In this document: in pieces, positions 58,767 through 64,000 of the stretch
Position numbering within the stretch: the first letter of the stretch is position 1
How the letters are laid out: every line of letters begins with the position of its first letter
Assembly (NCBI GenBank): GCA_049580605.1
Contig: JBAUQH010000057.1
Coordinates: 46,099-110,098, forward strand
Source: Gallionella sp.
GTDB taxonomy: Bacteria; Pseudomonadota; Gammaproteobacteria; Burkholderiales; Gallionellaceae
Length of the DNA stretch: 64,000 bases
Reading direction: 5' to 3'
Program-made: the position numbers and the translations under genes
Notes under the pieces: generated by a model
Seen by the model: only the letters and a program-made list of their open reading frames with translations
Database searches by the model: none
What the model was told of the DNA's origin: nothing

Positions 58767-59630
58767 CTAAACAGCGGGCATTGTATAGTCGATGGACATC
58801 ATGACACACAGGGTAAAATTGATCATTATCGAGCAGACGAACAAATTTCTGGCCCAATTCCGTTCCCCGCATGAATTGTAAGCTTTCCAAGCCACTGTCA
58901 ACCAGACCAAACCCGACACTATTGCAGCCGCGAGGAAGTTGTAACCCGTATATCCGCCGAAAGTCAGCATCATTGTAGCCAGGATAAAGGCCGCAATAAA
59001 ACCGATAATTTGCCGATTCGTTGCCGGCACACCATGCTTGACCGGAAGGACCGGGATTGCGGCGGCGGTGTAATCATCCAGGCGATAAATGGCAATGGCA
59101 TAAAAGTGTGGAATCTGCCATAGGCCGAAGATCATCAACAATATTACAGCGCCCGCGTCGAATCGCCCGGTCACCGCGCAATATGCGGCAAGCGGGGGCG
59201 CTGCTCCCGCCAGACTGCCGATCAGCGGTGCGTATACCGAATGGCGTTTCCAGTACAGGCTGTAAACGCACACATAGATTAAAAATCCGGCCAGCAAGAT
59301 TGCTACAGACAACAGATTGTCCATTTCAAGCAACAGTAATAAACCCGCCAAACCAAGCACCGATGTATACAAAAATGCCGCATTCGTCGACATCAGTCCC
59401 GCGGCAAGCACACGGTCGCGCGTCCGCGCCATGATTCGGTCCAGGTCCCGGTCCATCCAATTGTTCAGTACGCACGCCGATGCGATCAACAGCGAGATGC
59501 CGATGGTCGTCGACAAAAATAGGGCAACATCAACGTGCCCCCTGGAAGCGAGGAAAAAGCTTCCCATTACCGGGACCAGGTTGCCCAATACCATACCCGG
59601 TTTGGTGACGTGCCAGAAATCCCTGAGCAT
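58767..59630 (-). CDS. cyoE: Protoheme IX farnesyltransferase (haem O synthase)
   Basis: TKPG, DRDLDRIMARTRDR, GAAPP, WQIPHF. Confidence 0.95.
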   Translation of the reverse strand: MLRDFWHVTKPGMVLGNLVPVMGSFFLASRGHVDVALFLSTTIGISLLIASACVLNNWMDRDLDRIMARTRDRVLAAGLMSTNAAFLYTSVLGLAGLLLLLEMDNLLSVAILLAGFLIYVCVYSLYWKRHSVYAPLIGSLAGAAPPLAAYCAVTGRFDAGAVILLMIFGLWQIPHFYAIAIYRLDDYTAAAIPVLPVKHGVPATNRQIIGFIAAFILATMMLTFGGYTGYNFLAAAIVSGLVWLTVAWKAYNSCGERNWARNLFVCSIMINFTLCVMMSIDYTMPAV

Positions 59631-59642
59631 AATGTGCGCCCT

Positions 59643-59969
59643 TTACATCATGCGGTAATTGAGGTTGTACATGATCCACATAGTCCCGCCTACGATCAGG
59701 AACATGATCAATATGGCGAATAGCATCGCCAGGACGTTCCAACGCGCTCTGGATGATGTGTCCAGGTGCAGGAAAAAATACAGGTGCACCATTACCTGCA
59801 CGATGGCCGCACTGATTACCGCAACGATCGTCGCTTGGCGTGACAGCGTATTGTGCATTACCAGGGCGAACGGAATGGTAGTCAATACGATGGAGAGAAT
59901 GAAACCGGTGGCGTAGGATTTCCCGGTTCCCCTGCTCATTCCGGTACTATCGATTGATTCATGGCTCAT
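59643..59969 (-). CDS. cyoD: Cytochrome bo3 ubiquinol oxidase subunit IV
   Basis: GFILSIVLTTIPF, VQVMVHLYFFLH, GTMWIM. Confidence 0.95.
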   Translation of the reverse strand: MSHESIDSTGMSRGTGKSYATGFILSIVLTTIPFALVMHNTLSRQATIVAVISAAIVQVMVHLYFFLHLDTSSRARWNVLAMLFAILIMFLIVGGTMWIMYNLNYRMM

Positions 59970-60584
59970 TTACGCGACCCCCAGCAGATAGACAATGGTG
60001 AAAACACCGATCCATACGATATCCAGAAAGTGCCAGAACAAACTCAGGCAAAGCAGGCGGGAATGAACTGACGCGTTCAGACCTTTGGTCAAAACCTGCA
60101 CCATCATTGCCAGCATCCAGATCAGGCCGAAGGTTACATGGGTGCCATGGGTGCCCACCAAGGTAAAAAAGGCTGAAAGGAAGCCGCTGCGCCACGGGCC
60201 GTTGCCATCGATGATCATGGCGTGAAACTCACTGACTTCCAGGACGACAAATCCGAAGCCCAGCAAAAATGTGACGGCGAGCCATATCAGCACCAGGTCT
60301 TTCCTGTGATTGTGCACGGCCAGCATCACCAATCCATATGTTGCGCTGCTGACGAGCAGGAATAGGGTCTCCGCGTATACTTGTGGCAGGTGGAACAATT
60401 CACCCCCGCTGGGGCCACCCGCATAACGGTGATTCATTACTGCAAAGGTCGCGAACAGTGCGGCGAAAAGCACGAGGTCGGACATCAGGTAAATCCAGAA
60501 CCCGAATACCTTGATGCCGATGTGATCCGGAAGCTCCATTTGCCCGACAGGCAATTCGTCTATAACTGCAGCTCGATCTGTCAT
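59970..60584 (-). CDS. cyoC: Cytochrome bo3 ubiquinol oxidase subunit III
   Basis: FGFWIYLMSD, FFTLVGTHGTHV, FWHFLD. Confidence 0.95.
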   Translation of the reverse strand: MTDRAAVIDELPVGQMELPDHIGIKVFGFWIYLMSDLVLFAALFATFAVMNHRYAGGPSGGELFHLPQVYAETLFLLVSSATYGLVMLAVHNHRKDLVLIWLAVTFLLGFGFVVLEVSEFHAMIIDGNGPWRSGFLSAFFTLVGTHGTHVTFGLIWMLAMMVQVLTKGLNASVHSRLLCLSLFWHFLDIVWIGVFTIVYLLGVA

Positions 60585-60587
60585 CGC

Positions 60588-62600
60588 TTAACCTCCCGGG
60601 ACCAATCCGTCTGTATGCCGAATTCCGGCAATGGAAAGCAATTTGCGGTAGCGCTCATTTTCGGTCCGTTCGACTTCTGCCGCGGGGATGACATATTCCA
60701 CGTCAACGTCCATCGATCGTGCGATTACCGTGAACAGCATGCCCAAGGCGCTGAAAATGGCCAGCCACCAGATATACCAGACCATGCTGAATCCGAACAT
60801 GAAGGCGAATGCTCCGATGATGAATCCCTTGCCGGTATTTCCGGGCATCGTGATATCGTGATATTTGCCCGGCTGCAGACAGGCAATGCCCTTTTCCTTC
60901 ATGTCCTCAAATGCATCGATGCCATGCACGACAGGCGTGATCGCAAAGTTGTAGGCGGGAGGCGGAGACGAGATCGACCATTCCAGGGTGCGGCCATCCC
61001 AGGGATCGCCGCTCAGATCGCGCGTGTCACGACGACGCCTGATACTCACGGCCAATTGGATGATCTGGAAGATGATGCCAAGCAGGATCACCGCGGTTCC
61101 GACGGCGGCGACTATCAAATAGGGCTGCCATGCAAGGTTGGAATAATGTTCCATACGGCGTGGCATGCCCATGAAGCCCAGCGCATACAGCGGCATAAAA
61201 GCAAGATAAAAGCCGATCAGCCAGCACCAGAATGCGCGCTTTCCCCACTTTTCGTCCAGCATAAAACCAGTAACCTTGGGGAACCAGTAGGTATACCCGG
61301 CAAAATATCCGAACAGCGCGCCCGGAATGAGCATATTGTGGAAGTGCGCAACCAGAAACAGGCTGTTGTGCAGCACGTAATCGGCAGTGGGTACGGACAA
61401 GAGCACGCCGGTCATGCCGCCGATCGTAAAAGTCGTGAGGAATCCGATCATCCAGTACATCGGCGAGGTAAATCTTACACGGCCGCGGTACATGGTGAAT
61501 AGCCAGTTGAAAATTTTCACCCCGGTCGGGATGGCGATCAGCATGGTTGCGATGCCGAATGCCGCATTGACGTTGGCACTGGCACCCATGGTAAAAAAGT
61601 GGTGCAACCACACGGAAAAGGACAATACTGTTATTGCCGCGGTCGCGTAAACCAGGGAACGGTAACCAAACAGGGGTTTGCCCGAGAACGTGGCAACGAC
61701 TTCCGAGAACACGCCGAAAGCTGGCAGGATAACGATATAGACTTCCGGATGTCCCCATATCCAGAACAGATTGACATACATCATCGGATTCCCGCCCAGC
61801 GTGCTGGAGAAGAAGTGCATTTCCAGATAGCGGTCAAGCGTAAGCAGTGCCAGAGCGACGGTCAAGACCGGGAACGCCAGGATCATCAGCACGTTGGTAA
61901 ACAATGTGGTCCAGACAAAGATAGGCATGCGCATCAGGTACATACCCGGCGCGCGCAATTTTAGGATGGTGACGAGAAAATTGATGCCGGTCAGCAGCGA
62001 GCCGATACCCGCTATCTGTATCGACCATATCCAATAGTCCACCCCTGTGCCGGGGCTGAACTGTCGTTCCGTAAGCGGAGCGTAGCCAGACCAGCCGGCT
62101 TTGGAAAATTCACCCACGCCCAGCGAAACCATCACGAGCACAGCCGCGGCAGCGGTCAGCCAAAAGCTGACGGAATTCAAAAATGGAAATGCGACATCGC
62201 GCGCGCCAATCTGCTGGGGCACCGCGATATTCATCAATCCGACCAGAAACGGCATGGCCATGAAGATGATCATGATCGTACCGTGAGCACTGAATATCTG
62301 GTCGAAATGTCCCGGTGCCAGGAATCCATGCGACGTGCCGGCAGCAACAGACTGTTGCATACGCATCAGGATGGCATCGGAGAAGCCTCGCAACAGCATC
62401 ACCAGTGCCAGGAGAATATACATGACCCCGATTCTTTTGTGATCTACACTGGTCAGCCACTCCTTCCACAGGTATGTCCACTTTTTGTGATACGTGATCA
62501 GCACCAGAATCATCAGTCCAAGCAATAGCGAGCCGCTTACGGCGCCCATGATAATCGCGTTGTTCCAGGGAATTGATGAATGGCTCAGCCTGCCTAACAT
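60588..62600 (-). CDS. cyoB: Cytochrome bo3 ubiquinol oxidase subunit I
   Basis: RGFSD and HFDQIF quinol-site residues; WGHPEVY, WLHHFF, AHFHN. Confidence 0.97.
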   Translation of the reverse strand: MLGRLSHSSIPWNNAIIMGAVSGSLLLGLMILVLITYHKKWTYLWKEWLTSVDHKRIGVMYILLALVMLLRGFSDAILMRMQQSVAAGTSHGFLAPGHFDQIFSAHGTIMIIFMAMPFLVGLMNIAVPQQIGARDVAFPFLNSVSFWLTAAAAVLVMVSLGVGEFSKAGWSGYAPLTERQFSPGTGVDYWIWSIQIAGIGSLLTGINFLVTILKLRAPGMYLMRMPIFVWTTLFTNVLMILAFPVLTVALALLTLDRYLEMHFFSSTLGGNPMMYVNLFWIWGHPEVYIVILPAFGVFSEVVATFSGKPLFGYRSLVYATAAITVLSFSVWLHHFFTMGASANVNAAFGIATMLIAIPTGVKIFNWLFTMYRGRVRFTSPMYWMIGFLTTFTIGGMTGVLLSVPTADYVLHNSLFLVAHFHNMLIPGALFGYFAGYTYWFPKVTGFMLDEKWGKRAFWCWLIGFYLAFMPLYALGFMGMPRRMEHYSNLAWQPYLIVAAVGTAVILLGIIFQIIQLAVSIRRRRDTRDLSGDPWDGRTLEWSISSPPPAYNFAITPVVHGIDAFEDMKEKGIACLQPGKYHDITMPGNTGKGFIIGAFAFMFGFSMVWYIWWLAIFSALGMLFTVIARSMDVDVEYVIPAAEVERTENERYRKLLSIAGIRHTDGLVPGG

Positions 62601-62601
62601 A

Positions 62602-63507
62602 TCAATGCGTTCCTGAAGTCATGGCGTCATCCCGGGGAGCATTCGCCAAATTCCCGCGGTCATTTCGGCTCTTGTCCACAATGTTTGCAAACAGTCCTCG
62701 CTCGACCCATGAAAAGGAGGCAACGGGGTAATCGACACTCGGTTTGCTGATTTCCTTGAATCGGGCAAGATCCAGTCTATCCGGAGATTGTTTGACTTTT
62801 TGCACCCATGCTTTGAATTGATTCAGCGAAGTAACGCTAACCTTGAAATTCATGTCCGAGTAACCCCGGCCGCTATATTGTTGGTTCTGCCCGAAGTAAA
62901 CACCAGGCGTATCGGCCAAAAGATGCAAGCGAGTTTGCATGCCAGCCATGGCATAAATCTGGCTGCCGAGCTGCGGGATGAAAAAGGATGTCATCACGGT
63001 GTCCGAGGTAATCCTTAAACTTACCGGGACATTGGCAGGTAACACCAATTGATTGACAGCGGCGATGTTTTGGCCGGGATAGATAAATAGCCATTTCCAA
63101 TCGAGGGACACTGCTTCGATGTTGATCGGACTGACCGATGGGTCGATAGGTTTGAAGGGGTCAAGCCTATGGGTCTCCTTCCAGGAAAGTGCCCCAAGCG
63201 CCAAGACTATGGCAGCAGGAATCAGCCATGTGACCAAATCGATTTTGACGGAATCACTCCATTTCGGATCATAATCGGCGTTCGGGTCGGATGCCCGGAA
63301 TTTGCGGGGAAACCAAAGGGCCATGAAAATGACCGGGATGACAACGATCAGCATGAGCGCGAATGCCACTTCAATATCGTGGAGTTCGGAATCGCCGACC
63401 GGTCCTTTGGGATCGAGTAGCGGGATCCTGCTGCAACCGGAGAGGAAAACTGCCAGGCAGAGTGCCGGAAGTCCTGCAAAGGCTGAGTGACAGTTAATTT
63501 TTATCAA
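62602..63507 (-). CDS. cyoA: Cytochrome bo3 ubiquinol oxidase subunit II
   Basis: Lipobox [32 protein letters not shown]; no CuA motif. Confidence 0.95.
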   Translation of the reverse strand: MIKINCHSAFAGLPALCLAVFLSGCSRIPLLDPKGPVGDSELHDIEVAFALMLIVVIPVIFMALWFPRKFRASDPNADYDPKWSDSVKIDLVTWLIPAAIVLALGALSWKETHRLDPFKPIDPSVSPINIEAVSLDWKWLFIYPGQNIAAVNQLVLPANVPVSLRITSDTVMTSFFIPQLGSQIYAMAGMQTRLHLLADTPGVYFGQNQQYSGRGYSDMNFKVSVTSLNQFKAWVQKVKQSPDRLDLARFKEISKPSVDYPVASFSWVERGLFANIVDKSRNDRGNLANAPRDDAMTSGTH

Positions 63508-63810
63508 AACCGCACCTCAATCAGCAATTTCGTTTGTTCATGTCACACTAAGGACACACAGCTCCCTGGAATAAATGTGGTGTTACAGAGCCTGTATCAT
63601 TCGATTCGTAACAAAAGGGGCAGTAAAGTTCCCGCAGAATTTCGATGTTGTTGCGAAATACATCGAAGTAATTGTGGATATGACTACCGCGATCATCCTG
63701 CCTGATCAATTGCTGCTTGCTGGAATCGAATACTGCGGGCTATTGTTTACAACAACTTTGAACGCCCGTTATCGCGAAGCTGCTAAGACCGCTACGGGCC
63801 GATTAGAGAC

Positions 63811-63834
63811 TGATGCCGCGTTAACGCGGCATCA
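63811..63834. repeat. Perfect 24-bp palindrome
   Basis: TGATGCCGCGTTAACGCGGCATCA. Confidence 0.85.
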
Positions 63835-64000
63835 ACATTTGAAATGAATATTTTGCATTTGCAGTTTCGAATTTCTTTTCACTGCGCGCCGCCGAGTAGC
63901 GGAGGCTGGTCAGGGACGGCGAGGACTGATGAAACTGCCAGACGTCCGGCCAATCCAGCTACGGCGCTGGTTAGCAATTGGCTATAGCTGCCCATCCCCC

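Noticed and set aside
63575..63847. 90-aa ORF upstream of cyoA
   Set aside because: No RBS or recognisable motif; it may be decayed sequence and cannot be supported.

Overview
A GC-rich betaproteobacterial chromosomal segment; gene content and order suggest Gallionellaceae/Nitrosomonadales (inference only). It is mostly core genome: rpsT (partial), murJ, srkA, rsgA, orn, murI, hemH-hrcA, nadK-recN, bamE-dapB, carAB-greA, yhbY, rlmE-ftsH-folP-glmM, gluQ, clpSA, a cold-shock gene, icd, rluE, rhlE, aspS, nudB and nadA. Three blocks look accessory: (i) about 9.4 kb between hrcA and nadK with a five-gene haem-protein operon (SHP/DUF1924, diheme cytochrome c, cytochrome b, an unannotated four-His membrane protein, a second diheme cytochrome c), a ferritin-like protein, cytochrome c4 and a large PAS/GAF/HD-GYP protein; (ii) a secreted guanyl-specific RNase plus barstar pair between aspS and nudB; (iii) a decayed IS30 next to a complete cyoABCDE bo3 oxidase operon. 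The most unusual signal is non-coding. Five divergent 125-210 bp palindromic elements share internal motifs but have different self-complementary ends. All five start at a TGA stop codon and face the same way relative to the upstream gene, and three carry nested smaller hairpin modules. One occupies the recN-bamE slot where fur usually lies, and another contains the candidate start codons of gluQ. I recognised no tRNA, rRNA or CRISPR array. All alignments were done by eye.
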